Below are positions 5,997 through 15,617 of a stretch of 35,119 nucleotides of DNA, piece after piece; position 1 is the stretch's first letter, and the number at the start of each line of letters is the position of its first letter. Location: positions 1 to 35,119 of the IMG/VR virus record IMGVR_UViG_3300037313_000296; one strand, given 5' to 3'. Source of the stretch: a virus. Its lineage: Duplodnaviria; Caudoviricetes. Below the pieces are notes generated by a model. That model saw nothing but the letters and a program-made list of their open reading frames with translations, did not search any database and was not told the origin of the DNA. A program made the position numbers and the translations under genes.

Positions 5997-7957
5997 TGGC
6001 GAAGAAGGCCAAGGCCACCGATGACGTGAAGCCTCCGAAGGATGAAGAGGTAAAGAAGCAGATCGGTCAGATGTATGCCCGATTCCGCAAGGCTGAAGGC
6101 GCCGTGTCTCCTAAGCTCCACCCCATGTGGAAGATGCTGGACACCTTTGACCGGGGTGATCAGTGGAAGGATGCCGCCGTCCCCCCGTGGGTCCCGAAGC
6201 CCGTCACCAACTTCATCCGGTACATCCGGACCCTGAAGAGGGCCAACCTCGCCTCAGCTATCCCGAAGGCTAAGTTCTCCCCAGTTTATCCACAGGATGT
6301 GGACATCGTTGGGCGCCTGCAAAAGGCGTACGACCATGTTTGGGAGACGGAAGAAGTGGCCCGTAAGGTGCGTCGGGCAATCGACCGTGCGGTATTGCAG
6401 GGAACTGCCATCATCTACGTCTACAACGACGACGACTATGTTGGTGGTCGGTACTACAGCGAGGGCAATCCGGCAAACCAGCTTTACAAGGGCAAGATCT
6501 GCACGAAGCGGTTCCCGAACGCCAACTTCTTCCCTGATCCGGACGCCTACTGCATCGAAGAGTGCAAGTGGATCGAAACCACGGAACTCCTTCCGTTCGA
6601 GCAGATTCGGGAGAACATGGCCTTCCGCAACTACTGCGAGAAGAACGGCACTCTCGACAAGCTCGACGCCCTCAACGCGGATCTGTTGGAGCGGTCGGAT
6701 AGCTCGGCTGGCACGATCTATGGTCGGGACAACAAGCCAACCGATGGATTCAGTGCCGTCTCCGGTGATGAAATGGCCCTGCTCCATACCCACTGGGAAC
6801 GCAACTTCAAGCGTGGCAAGTGGCACCTGACCTGCACCTACTACATCCCGAACCTCGACTTCTACCTGCTCCGGCTCGAAGATATCCAGCCGAACGAGTA
6901 CCCCTTCGCCATCCTCTACGACGAGGAAGAGGAGAACTCGTTCTGGGGTTCCTCGACCTGCATGGATGTGCTGGAGAACCAGAAGATCATCAACAAGCTC
7001 CAGCAGACGGCGGCGATCATCGGTGTTCTGCATCAGAATCCGCAGAAGATCGTGGGCCGGGAATCTGGCATTAACGCTCAGGAATTGGCCCGAACTGGCA
7101 CTCTGCCCGGCAAGGTTTGGACCGCCAACGGCGACCCGTCGAAAGCCATTCATGTTCTTGAGCCGATGGATATTCCGAAGGGTCTATTCGAGCTTGACGA
7201 CCGGACCCAAAACAACATCCGGCAGATCGTCGGCGTCAACGAGGCTTACACGGGTCAGTCAGTCGGCTCCCTGACCACCTCGACTGGTGTCCAAGACCTG
7301 ATCGAACGGGCCACGATTCGGGACAAGGACAAGATGGTTCAGATCGACGCCTTTGTCGAGCGGCTGTCGCACCTGATCGTCCTGATGATCCTTCACAAGT
7401 GGGAGGACGAGCGGCCCATTACGACCGTCGCCCCCAACGGCACTCCCCAGTTCGAGATGTACTCTCCAGTTTCTAAGATCGATCGGGAGAATCTTGAGTG
7501 GCGGGTCAAGTCGAACGTCTACGCAAAGGCGCCCATGACGCAGGCCGCAAAGCGCCAGCAGGCCGACAAGCTCCTTCAGACGCAGGGGCAGTTCCAATTC
7601 AATCCTCCAGTTATCACACCGGAGGAGTGGGTCAAGATGCAGGAGTTCGACGAGACTCCGGACATCCTCAAGCGCATGGAGGCCGACCGCCAGCAGATCG
7701 AGCAGGACAAGGCCAACAACCTTGCCGATCAGATGGCCCAGCTTTCCCAGCAGGCTTTGCAGTTGGCGCAGAAGGGTACATCCGTTGACCAGATCGCCCA
7801 GTTCCTCCAGCAGGCCGCTCAGGAGATGCTTGCTAAGCAGGAAGCTCAGGACCTCAAGAACGGCATCTCCAGCCAGAAGCCCCCGATGGCTTCCCCAGTT
7901 CAGGGGCCAAAGGGAGTTACTGGGGAAGTGCAAATGGCTAACATGGCACGGGGATAA
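5996..7957 (+). CDS. Portal protein (P22-like, with C-terminal helical barrel)
   Basis: 653 aa after TerL; GDQW, NFIR, FFPDP, YPF and QKIINK patterns typical of podoviral portals; Gln-rich coiled-coil tail. Confidence 0.9.
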   Translation: MAKKAKATDDVKPPKDEEVKKQIGQMYARFRKAEGAVSPKLHPMWKMLDTFDRGDQWKDAAVPPWVPKPVTNFIRYIRTLKRANLASAIPKAKFSPVYPQDVDIVGRLQKAYDHVWETEEVARKVRRAIDRAVLQGTAIIYVYNDDDYVGGRYYSEGNPANQLYKGKICTKRFPNANFFPDPDAYCIEECKWIETTELLPFEQIRENMAFRNYCEKNGTLDKLDALNADLLERSDSSAGTIYGRDNKPTDGFSAVSGDEMALLHTHWERNFKRGKWHLTCTYYIPNLDFYLLRLEDIQPNEYPFAILYDEEEENSFWGSSTCMDVLENQKIINKLQQTAAIIGVLHQNPQKIVGRESGINAQELARTGTLPGKVWTANGDPSKAIHVLEPMDIPKGLFELDDRTQNNIRQIVGVNEAYTGQSVGSLTTSTGVQDLIERATIRDKDKMVQIDAFVERLSHLIVLMILHKWEDERPITTVAPNGTPQFEMYSPVSKIDRENLEWRVKSNVYAKAPMTQAAKRQQADKLLQTQGQFQFNPPVITPEEWVKMQEFDETPDILKRMEADRQQIEQDKANNLADQMAQLSQQALQLAQKGTSVDQIAQFLQQAAQEMLAKQEAQDLKNGISSQKPPMASPVQGPKGVTGEVQMANMARG

Positions 7958-8014
7958 TGGTGTATACTAAAGGTGTCCTCCTTAGTGGATATATGAGGTG
8001 GGGCGGTGACAGCG

Positions 8015-8044
8015 AGACCCTCGGCGAAAGCCGGGGGTCTTTCT
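8015..8044 (+). terminator. Intrinsic terminator after portal
   Basis: AGACCCTCGGC-GAAA-GCCGGGGGTCT followed by TTCT. Confidence 0.7.
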
Positions 8045-8094
8045 GTATGCCCAAAAATTCTTGGACCGTATGCCAAAAAGATGCCGGAATGGTA

Positions 8095-8123
8095 TTGTCA
8101 ACTAGGGACGATTATTGTAAACT
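8095..8123 (+). promoter_or_regulatory. sigmaA-like promoter of the scaffold-capsid operon
   Basis: TTGTCA-17-TAAACT; direct repeats GTATGCC(C)AAAAA at 8045-8057 and 8068-8079 upstream. Confidence 0.6.
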
Positions 8124-8129
8124 GAAGAG

Positions 8130-8205
8130 GACGAGATGAAATTTCGGGTTGCTCCGCAAAAAGCACATCTTGTCAATCTCGCTTCCCAAGCGCAAAAAGG
8201 GGAGG
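8130..8205 (+). promoter_or_regulatory. Structured scaffold leader with two tandem pseudoknot-like units, the second covering the RBS
   Basis: GACGAGATG/CATCTTGTC stem; CGG-GTTGCT-CCG-CAAAA-AGCA and CGCT-TCCCA-AGCG-CAAAAA-GGGGA share the CGCAAAAAG motif. Confidence 0.55.
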
Positions 8206-8212
8206 AACCAGA

Positions 8213-9085
8213 ATGAACCTGCAACGGTTTGCTGGCCCGAACGAGCCTGATAACGAAGGGTTTCTGAAGCTGTTCGAAGTGGATGTGCCTACCGACGAAT
8301 TCGGCAACGAGATCCCCAAGGAGGAGACGCCGGAAACGAAGGTTGAGCCGATCGCCGAGCCGGAGAAGGTCCCCGAGGTTGTGCCTGAGCCGGAGACGCA
8401 GGTCGAACCGACCCCGGAACCGGAGAAGAAGGTGCAGACTCCGGAGGAGAATTCGAAGTTTGCCGAGATGCGCCGTCAAAAGCAGGTGCAGGAGCAGGCA
8501 GACAAGCTGGCAAAAGAACGGCTTGAGAACTCCCCTGAGTACAAGGTTGCCAAGACTCTTGCAGACCAGTACGGCATGACAACTGAACAACTGCTGGAAA
8601 AGATGCAGGAGGCTCTCGTTCAGAAGCAGGCCAAGGAGCAGGGCGTCCCGGTCGAGATCATTCAACAAATCAACGCTGAAAAGCAGGCTCGTCAGGAGCT
8701 TGAACAGCGCCTTAACCAAACGGAGTTCACCAACTGGATGTCACAGATGGATCAGCAGAAGGCCGAACTAAAGGCCAAGTACAGTGTCCTAACGGACGAC
8801 GATCTGACTGACGCTGTTCACTACCAGTTGACCGAACTCAAGAACACAAAGCTACCGTTGGAGAAGGCCGTCTTTGCCCTTCATGGCGCCAAGATCACGG
8901 CTGAAATCCAGCGAGTCGCCAAGCAGGAGGCCCTTGCGGAGATCAGTGGTCGTAAGCAAAGCCCTCTTGCCCCCCAGCAAGGTGCTACGGCGAACGACTC
9001 GTCCGTCGCCCAACTCACCGCCGAAGAACACTACGTGGCGAAGAAGATGGGCATGACGCCCGAGGAGTACGCCAAGTACAAGTAA
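8213..9085 (+). CDS. Capsid scaffolding protein
   Basis: Between portal and capsid genes; acidic Pro/Glu-rich N-terminus, coiled coil, C-terminal LTAEE..VAKKMGMTPEEYAKYK helix-turn-helix; N-terminal LQRFA motif. Confidence 0.85.
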   Translation: MNLQRFAGPNEPDNEGFLKLFEVDVPTDEFGNEIPKEETPETKVEPIAEPEKVPEVVPEPETQVEPTPEPEKKVQTPEENSKFAEMRRQKQVQEQADKLAKERLENSPEYKVAKTLADQYGMTTEQLLEKMQEALVQKQAKEQGVPVEIIQQINAEKQARQELEQRLNQTEFTNWMSQMDQQKAELKAKYSVLTDDDLTDAVHYQLTELKNTKLPLEKAVFALHGAKITAEIQRVAKQEALAEISGRKQSPLAPQQGATANDSSVAQLTAEEHYVAKKMGMTPEEYAKYK

Positions 9086-9109
9086 ATCTATCAAGGAGGA
9101 CCGAAGAAC

Positions 9110-9529
9110 ATGGCCTTTTGGTTTCGTTATTCCCTAAATGAGGGGTCCATCCTTCCGGCTAAGGACTTCCCTCTCGATTCCACCTATGCGGCTACTGCGG
9201 CTCCGGGCGATGTCGTTCGGCTGAACGCATCCGGCAATCTGGTCAAGGCCCTTACGACCGACACGACCGTTCTGGGCGTCCTCGATGGCGTCAGCTACGA
9301 TGGCGTCGGCGTCACCCCGACGAAGGGCAAGGTCCGGGTCTCCCCGGACGCCATCTACGAGGCCACGAAGGTCGGCGCTGGTGCCCTGATCGCAGGCACG
9401 GCCTACGGCATCGATGGTTCGAGCAACGTCGATACCGCCGACACCACGACCCTGATCGTCAAGATTGTCGGTACGTCTGGCACCACGGGCAACCCGCTGG
9501 TTGTCATCACGGCCCGTCAGCTTGTCTAA
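9110..9529 (+). CDS. Capsid decoration/cement protein
   Basis: 139 aa Gly/Thr/Val-rich beta protein immediately upstream of the MCP; GDVVRL...VLGV pattern. Confidence 0.7.
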   Translation: MAFWFRYSLNEGSILPAKDFPLDSTYAATAAPGDVVRLNASGNLVKALTTDTTVLGVLDGVSYDGVGVTPTKGKVRVSPDAIYEATKVGAGALIAGTAYGIDGSSNVDTADTTTLIVKIVGTSGTTGNPLVVITARQLV

Positions 9530-9557
9530 GTAGGTACGAAGGAGGTAAACCCCTAGA

Positions 9558-10451
9558 ATGGCTATTCAGTCCGGCTATTATGGTAAGCTCCTTGAGCCGG
9601 GTCTACGCAAGATCTTCTTCGAGACCTACAAGGAAAAGCCCGAGCAGTACCCCAACTTCGTCAACATCCTCACCTCTGAGAAGGCCATCGAGACCGATGC
9701 CCGGTTCGGCGGCTTCAGCCAGTGGAACAAGAAGGGTACGTTGGATGCGACCGAGTACGAAGACCCGAGCGGCAAGCTGACCACCACCTACAAGCATGAC
9801 ACCTTCTCGAAGGGCTTCCAAGTCGAGAAGGAGCTTGTGGATGATGAGCAGTACAACATCATCAACAAGATGCCGAAGGCCCTCGCTCGGGCCGCTCGTG
9901 CTACGATCGAGCAGAACGTCTCCACCCTGCTGACGACTTCCTTCACGGCTTCGCCTACCAACCCGAACGGTGAGGCCCTGATCTCCGGCACCCACGCTCT
10001 ACTGGGCGCCCAAGGCGGCACGACCTCCAACCTGATCGGTGCGCTGACCCTCTCCGAAGCCAATCTGGAAGTCGCCCTCAAGCTGGCTTCCCAGCAGGTG
10101 GACGAGCGCGGCCTGAAGATTCAGGTTATGCCCGACACCCTGATCGTCCCCCGTGCGCTGGAGTTCACGGCTGAGAAGATCGTGAAGTCTGTCCAGCTTC
10201 CGGGCACGAACAACAACGACATCAACCCGCTTCAGGGCCGCTTCAAGGTGGTCGTCCTCGACTACCTGACCAGCGACACCAACTGGTGGATGGTTGACTC
10301 GACCATGAACCCCCTGAACTTCTTCTGGCGCGAGAAGCTGAACTTCAAGTCGGAGAACGACTTCGACACGGACGCCGCCAAGTACAAGGGCCGGATGCGC
10401 TTCAGCTACGGCTGGACCGACTACCGTGGCATCTTCGGGTCGAACGCCTAA
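9558..10451 (+). CDS. Major capsid protein (HK97 fold, Mu gpT-like)
   Basis: LLEPGLRKIF, ELVDDEQYNII, PDTLIVP, NNDINP and RFSYGWTDYRG motifs; highly biased codon usage. Confidence 0.9.
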   Translation: MAIQSGYYGKLLEPGLRKIFFETYKEKPEQYPNFVNILTSEKAIETDARFGGFSQWNKKGTLDATEYEDPSGKLTTTYKHDTFSKGFQVEKELVDDEQYNIINKMPKALARAARATIEQNVSTLLTTSFTASPTNPNGEALISGTHALLGAQGGTTSNLIGALTLSEANLEVALKLASQQVDERGLKIQVMPDTLIVPRALEFTAEKIVKSVQLPGTNNNDINPLQGRFKVVVLDYLTSDTNWWMVDSTMNPLNFFWREKLNFKSENDFDTDAAKYKGRMRFSYGWTDYRGIFGSNA

Positions 10452-10476
10452 TCGACCCAGCACATATTCCAGTCGG

Positions 10477-10513
10477 ACAACCCCCTTACCCTCTTCGGTG
10501 AGGGGGTTGTTTG
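10477..10513 (+). terminator. Intrinsic terminator after MCP
   Basis: ACAACCCCCTTACC-CTCTTC-GGTGAGGGGGTTGT followed by TT. Confidence 0.65.
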
Positions 10514-10529
10514 CAAAGGAGGGTAAGTC

Positions 10530-10739
10530 TTGCGACACGAGAAGTACGGCAGTATTGTGACCCCGACCGAGGCACTTCTTTACGACCTTCTGCTTGAACA
10601 GCAGAAGACCAACGAACTGCTAACCGAACTGCTGTCCCGGACCCCGGCACCTTCCCTAGTTACTCAGTCCAACCTCACTTCGATGCAGAAAGCGAAAAAG
10701 CAAACCACCGAGAAGACTGATGAAGGGACTGAATCCTAA
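10530..10739 (+). CDS. Hypothetical protein
   Basis: TTG start with AAGGAGGG RBS; stop overlaps the next ATG. Confidence 0.7.
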   Translation: MRHEKYGSIVTPTEALLYDLLLEQQKTNELLTELLSRTPAPSLVTQSNLTSMQKAKKQTTEKTDEGTES

Positions 10740-11173
10740 TGGCGGCACAAGACGCCTTCCTCTCCGGCACCCGACTCGTCCACGAAATGGCTCCTTGGGC
10801 CTATGACCCCAATACGGACCAGACCAAGACCAGCCTTGGCGTCCGGCAGTCCGTCACCATCCAGACACATAACGCCGTAAGTGTGGCGCTAAGTAGCAAC
10901 AATCTGGGCGCCACTCAGACCTCGAACGGCTACGATCAGTTGGCAGTTGGCGTCAAGGTCGATGTCTCGACAACTCGAAGCGTCGAAGTCTGGTGGTATG
11001 CGGACAGTGGGGCAACCAACCTCATCGGGCAAGAGGTTGTTGTAGCCGTCTCCAACGCAAACAACGGCACAGGCCGGACCTCGGTTAAGGGTCCGTACTT
11101 TAAGGTGAATGCAGTCAACGGCGATGCCGGATCTGCCCACACCTTCTCGACTTGGGCGCACCTGATCCCGTAA
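10739..11173 (+). CDS. Beta-rich virion protein (head/tail accessory)
   Basis: Coupled start; beta-sandwich-like sequence ending YFKVNAVNGD..AHTFSTWAHL. Confidence 0.7.
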   Translation: MAAQDAFLSGTRLVHEMAPWAYDPNTDQTKTSLGVRQSVTIQTHNAVSVALSSNNLGATQTSNGYDQLAVGVKVDVSTTRSVEVWWYADSGATNLIGQEVVVAVSNANNGTGRTSVKGPYFKVNAVNGDAGSAHTFSTWAHLIP

Positions 11174-11186
11174 GGAGGAACCAGCG

Positions 11187-11429
11187 ATGGCTGACTTCAT
11201 CATCACCGATCCTTCCCCAGTTCCCTCTGTCCGTACCAACCAGACCAAGTACAAGGCCCTAAATTCGACCATTAAGAAGCTCTTGACTGGGGTCACGGCA
11301 ACCCCCGAGCAGGTTGACATCTTTGCCCTGTCGGTTGCCATTCGAGGCGCCCTGCCCAGTGGTCTCAACGCTGACGACTTCGACGGCAACGATGTGGCTG
11401 AGATCGTGCAGACTCTTCTGGGGGTGTAA
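11187..11429 (+). CDS. Hypothetical protein
   Basis: RBS TAAGGAGGA, ATG 11187. Confidence 0.75.
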   Translation: MADFIITDPSPVPSVRTNQTKYKALNSTIKKLLTGVTATPEQVDIFALSVAIRGALPSGLNADDFDGNDVAEIVQTLLGV

Positions 11430-11432
11430 TCG

Positions 11433-12263
11433 ATGCCGATGCCTCCGGTTCGGGATTCCTTCGTCCAGTTGGTCCCTCTCTTCACTGACGCCGGATGGAT
11501 TAAGCATGCGAACACAGTAGTAAGTGCAGACGGAAAAACTCTGACGTTGAGTGCCACGGCAACGGGTCAATCAACTTACATGTACATTAACGTCATTCCC
11601 GGCGTGACGTACACGTTGTCTATGGTCACTACAGCGTCTTCAGGTAATACCGTTCTTTCCGTGCGTAAGCTACCCGGTTCCAACAGCGTAGACGACATTA
11701 CACCGCAGACAAATAAGTCTGGTAATGTTACTGTAACCTTTGCTGTGCCACAGGGCACCACTCAGATACGAGTTATTCTGTGGAACGACGCCATTGGCAC
11801 TTTCACCTTCTCCAACCTCTCCCTAGTGAAGGCCGTTCCCGCCTACGACCCTACCAAGATCCAACCCTACGATTCTGCCAAGAGGCAGGACTACTTCAAG
11901 GAACTGGTCGTCAACGGTGACTTTAGTCAAGGGCTGATCGGGTGGACAGTGGTCGGCGGTACTTGGGATACGCTTAACAGTAAAGCTGTTCTCACATCTA
12001 CCGGGAACTCCCAATCCATGTACCAAACGTTGAATATATCTCCCAATACCCAATACGTGTTGAAGGCAGATGAAGCGACAGCTAAAGTTGCCATCTATAA
12101 TGCACAGGCATCTGCATCGATCATTGGGTACACCCAAGGACAGCAAACGCGCTCATTCAACTCGGGCAACAACGCTTCAGTTCGTCTGTATTTGAGTAGC
12201 GACAATCTAGGTGCAGGAGTCTTCACTTTCGACAACATCAGTCTCAAACGAGCGATCCCATAA
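11433..12263 (+). CDS. Tandem carbohydrate-binding-module (CBM4/9-like) virion protein
   Basis: Two jelly-roll repeats (VIPGVTYTLS...FTFSNLSL; LVVNGDFSQGLIGW...ISPNTQYVL...FTFDNISL); more A/T-ending codons than neighbours. Confidence 0.7.
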   Translation: MPMPPVRDSFVQLVPLFTDAGWIKHANTVVSADGKTLTLSATATGQSTYMYINVIPGVTYTLSMVTTASSGNTVLSVRKLPGSNSVDDITPQTNKSGNVTVTFAVPQGTTQIRVILWNDAIGTFTFSNLSLVKAVPAYDPTKIQPYDSAKRQDYFKELVVNGDFSQGLIGWTVVGGTWDTLNSKAVLTSTGNSQSMYQTLNISPNTQYVLKADEATAKVAIYNAQASASIIGYTQGQQTRSFNSGNNASVRLYLSSDNLGAGVFTFDNISLKRAIP

Positions 12264-12275
12264 GGAGGGCAGAAC

Positions 12276-12860
12276 ATGAACCTTCAGCAGATGATCGATC
12301 GTCTGAACACCAACGTTGACGATGTGGTTGATCCAAGTGACGCCACAGGCTGGTTTAACGAGGGCAAGGACAAGATGGCGATTGCTGTCGAAGCAACCTT
12401 TCCCGACCTCGACTCGACCAATCTGAACGGAGCCTTCGTCTTCCCGGCGAAATGGCACTCCCTCCCAGTTCTCTACGCCAGCGCCATGTACAAGAAGCAG
12501 GATACGGCGCTGTCGGAAGCGAATGACTATATGGCCCAGTTCTTCGACGGACTGAAGGACTTCGTTAAGAGCTACGAGATCCCGCCTCGCTACCGGGACG
12601 ACAGGCTCTCCCAGCAGTTCACCGCTACGGCTGGGCAGACGACCTTCACAATCACGAAGCTGGGGTATGATCCCGTCTACGGCGATGTGAAGGTCTACGT
12701 GAACGACCGGATCGTTGACTTCACGCAGGGTGATCCGACCACGGCGCCGAACGATATCATCCTGACCACGGCGGCTTTGCTTAATGACGCTGTGACCATG
12801 ATCTGGGAGGAGCATGTGGATCTGCTCGAACCTCCCTATAACTGGCAAAAGAACTGGTAG
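12276..12860 (+). CDS. Head-tail adaptor (P22 gp4-like)
   Basis: MNLQQMIDRL...WFNEG...FPAKWHSLPVLYA helical adaptor pattern, directly before the nozzle. Confidence 0.7.
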   Translation: MNLQQMIDRLNTNVDDVVDPSDATGWFNEGKDKMAIAVEATFPDLDSTNLNGAFVFPAKWHSLPVLYASAMYKKQDTALSEANDYMAQFFDGLKDFVKSYEIPPRYRDDRLSQQFTATAGQTTFTITKLGYDPVYGDVKVYVNDRIVDFTQGDPTTAPNDIILTTAALLNDAVTMIWEEHVDLLEPPYNWQKNW

Positions 12861-12870
12861 GTGACATAAC

Positions 12871-15060
12871 TTGGCACGGCAGAGCATCACTCCGAACCCG
12901 TCCCTGAAGCTGTTCGAGGCGTACATGGACTTCTCTGGGGGCCTCAACTCGGAGCAGTCCAACGAGCGCCTGCGGGACAACGAGTTTATCACGCTCGACA
13001 ACGTTGACCTCAGTTCCCGAGGTTCGGCAAAGCGTCGGACGGGTCGGGTGTTGCTCAACACCCAGACGGGTCGGGGGCAGGGCCTCTTCTACTACTACCG
13101 TCAGGGCCAGTCGAAGCCGGACATCATCTTGGCGATCGGCGGGGCGCTTTACGTGCGGGAGAACGGCTCGACTACGCTGAAGCCCATTACGATCGTTGAT
13201 GGTGCCGGGACGCTGACGTTCCAAGCAACCCAGAACATCAATGCTGTTCAATACGGCATTAGCATGTTCGTTGCCACGGGGACTAAGTTGTGCGAACTGT
13301 CCTATGATACTTCTCCGGCTTGGGCACCGAGTACGGTCTATGCGGTCAACGCTATGGTCAACGCCAACGGTCTGATCTACACCTGTACCGTTGCTGGTAC
13401 TTCCGGCACTGTGGCGCCGACCCACACATCCGGTATTGCTACGGACGGAACGGTCACATGGCAGTACACTAGTCAGGTCTGGAACGCCAAGGTCGTTGAC
13501 CCGTACAAGCCTACCGTGCAGGAGGCCATCTTCATCGGGACGAACGGCCTTGCCGCAAGTCCGGACGCCTATGTGCAGGACGGCACCGACACGGCTCTTG
13601 CTGTTGCCGGGATCAAGCCGAGCCGACGCACGGGTGTTGTCAATGCAAAGACGACCATGACGGGCTACATAAACAAGCCCTCTGGCATGGGCGGTATCGA
13701 CTACAAATGGGAGTACAAGAAGTCTGCGGATTCGACTTGGGTGTTAGGCCGTGATTTTACCGCCGACACTTCGGGAGGAAAAACGTGGGACTTTACGCCG
13801 GACACGGCTGTCAACTACGACATCCGGCTCACCGTCCGGGCCACGGGTACATCCACTCCGACTCCCAACTCGTCGCTTACCAACTACGTTGTCAACAAGA
13901 CCGAGGATAAGCTGAACACACCGAAGCCCGTCTCGGGGATTCAGACGTGCCGGAAGATCCTCCTCCACTGGGATCGTTTGATCCTGTCGGGGGATAGCAG
14001 TAACCCCTACCAAATGTACATCTCGGATCTCAACGCTCCCCGGTACTTCCCGACGACAAACACGATCAGTTTCGACACCGGGAAGCTGGAGCCGATCACG
14101 GCGATTACTCGATTCCGGGACATGCTGGTGATCTTCACCAAGACCACGATCCAGACGCTCTCGGGCAAGTCGCCGGATGACTACCGCCACAGCCTGATCC
14201 ATGATGGGATCGGATGCGTTGCTTCTCGATCGGCGGCTGTCGCTGGGAACGTGGTCATCTTCCTCAGTTCTGAGGGCCTGCACCTACTGAAGCCGAACGC
14301 TCTGACGCTGGAGGTTATGAACGTCGCCCGGATCGACTTCCCGATTCGGTCAGCCATCGCTTCCCTAGTTAAGCTGTCGGCAACGGTGACAGATGGTAGC
14401 TACTCTGGATCTTACGGCGCCTCAGACGCCTGTGCGATGGTCTATGATTCTCAGTACTGGCTGTGCTTCCCCAGTTCTCAGGTTGTCTACCGCTTCTACT
14501 ATGACGGCAATATGTGGGTGCGGGACACCTCCAGTCGCCTCACATTCAATCAAATGTCCAACTACGGCGACGACATCTACGAACTGTCGGTCGGCGGTAA
14601 GCTCTACCAGCAAGACAAAACCGTCTGGACCGATGACGGAGAGGTCTACCCAGTTACCGTGGAGTCGAAGGCGTTTGACCTGAGTGCCAGCTTCAACTTC
14701 AAGAAGCTGAAGCGTGTCTACATGCTGGGCAAGCACTTCCAGACAACCAACACCAACTTGAAGGTGACGATCACAGCCGATTCGGCGATCGTTATGACGC
14801 CGGAGACTGGGCAGGCTCAAGTCATCGACGATCGGGCAGTTTGGATCACGACTTCGACGCCGAATATGCACTTCTACACGGGTACAACGGTAGGCTCATG
14901 GATCTTGTCGAAGATCCCGCTTGGCAACGTGCAAGTGTCGGTGCAGAAGGCTTCAATTCGAGGCAAGTGCCGTCGAGTCAAGGTCAAGATCGTCCATGAC
15001 GAGAACACGCCCTGTGAGGTCTTCGGATTCGGCCTTGAGTTCAAAGAGAAGAGGCCGTAA
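12871..15060 (+). CDS. Tail nozzle/hub (P22 gp10 / T7 gp12-like) with an inserted CBM5/12-like module
   Basis: DFSGGLN...NVDL...KRRTG start, beta-propeller repeats (ITAITRFRDMLVIF, GIGCVA), FKKLKRV motif; insert AWAPSTVYAVN...DGTVTWQY. Confidence 0.8.
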   Translation: MARQSITPNPSLKLFEAYMDFSGGLNSEQSNERLRDNEFITLDNVDLSSRGSAKRRTGRVLLNTQTGRGQGLFYYYRQGQSKPDIILAIGGALYVRENGSTTLKPITIVDGAGTLTFQATQNINAVQYGISMFVATGTKLCELSYDTSPAWAPSTVYAVNAMVNANGLIYTCTVAGTSGTVAPTHTSGIATDGTVTWQYTSQVWNAKVVDPYKPTVQEAIFIGTNGLAASPDAYVQDGTDTALAVAGIKPSRRTGVVNAKTTMTGYINKPSGMGGIDYKWEYKKSADSTWVLGRDFTADTSGGKTWDFTPDTAVNYDIRLTVRATGTSTPTPNSSLTNYVVNKTEDKLNTPKPVSGIQTCRKILLHWDRLILSGDSSNPYQMYISDLNAPRYFPTTNTISFDTGKLEPITAITRFRDMLVIFTKTTIQTLSGKSPDDYRHSLIHDGIGCVASRSAAVAGNVVIFLSSEGLHLLKPNALTLEVMNVARIDFPIRSAIASLVKLSATVTDGSYSGSYGASDACAMVYDSQYWLCFPSSQVVYRFYYDGNMWVRDTSSRLTFNQMSNYGDDIYELSVGGKLYQQDKTVWTDDGEVYPVTVESKAFDLSASFNFKKLKRVYMLGKHFQTTNTNLKVTITADSAIVMTPETGQAQVIDDRAVWITTSTPNMHFYTGTTVGSWILSKIPLGNVQVSVQKASIRGKCRRVKVKIVHDENTPCEVFGFGLEFKEKRP

Positions 15061-15077
15061 GAAAGGAGTGATGACTC

Positions 15078-15614
15078 GTGGCAAAAGTTGATAAGTCGGC
15101 CCTTCACGACTTCTCGACTGGCGAGATCGTTACAGACACGATGCTCGATCAGAACTTCGAGGTTTTGCGAACGGCGCTGAATGACCTTGTAGACTCCCTG
15201 ACTACGCAGATTTCGAACGCTGGTCTCGGCGTACAGACGGGCGGTGTAATCTCCGATCGCTCCGGCGCAAATCCTCACTGGACGCTGAAGCAGGGCGGCG
15301 TCAATACGTGGGACTGGGAACTGGACGCATCCGGCAACCTCCTGCTGAACGTCTGGAACGGGTCCGGCTGGACGAACCTTGCCCAGTTCTCAAAGGCGAA
15401 TGGCATCATGTCCTTGACCAAGTTCATTGTTAATGGCGCTACCTGCTACGGACGCCTCGCCAACTCTTCTTCCATCACGGCGCCTGTAGGTGGTGACTTC
15501 TACTTCGACACGACGCAGAACAATTGGATGTACTACACCGGATCGGTTTGGACAACTTTCGGCCTGTCAGCGGCTCAAGTCCGAATCGAAGCTCTCAAGA
15601 GTGGAGGTGCCTAA
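15078..15614 (+). CDS. Tail fibre/spike proximal protein
   Basis: GTG start with RBS; LDQNFEVLR N-terminal anchor helix; GDFYFDT...YYTGSVWTT fibre motif. Confidence 0.65.
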   Translation: MAKVDKSALHDFSTGEIVTDTMLDQNFEVLRTALNDLVDSLTTQISNAGLGVQTGGVISDRSGANPHWTLKQGGVNTWDWELDASGNLLLNVWNGSGWTNLAQFSKANGIMSLTKFIVNGATCYGRLANSSSITAPVGGDFYFDTTQNNWMYYTGSVWTTFGLSAAQVRIEALKSGGA

Positions 15615-15617
15615 AAG

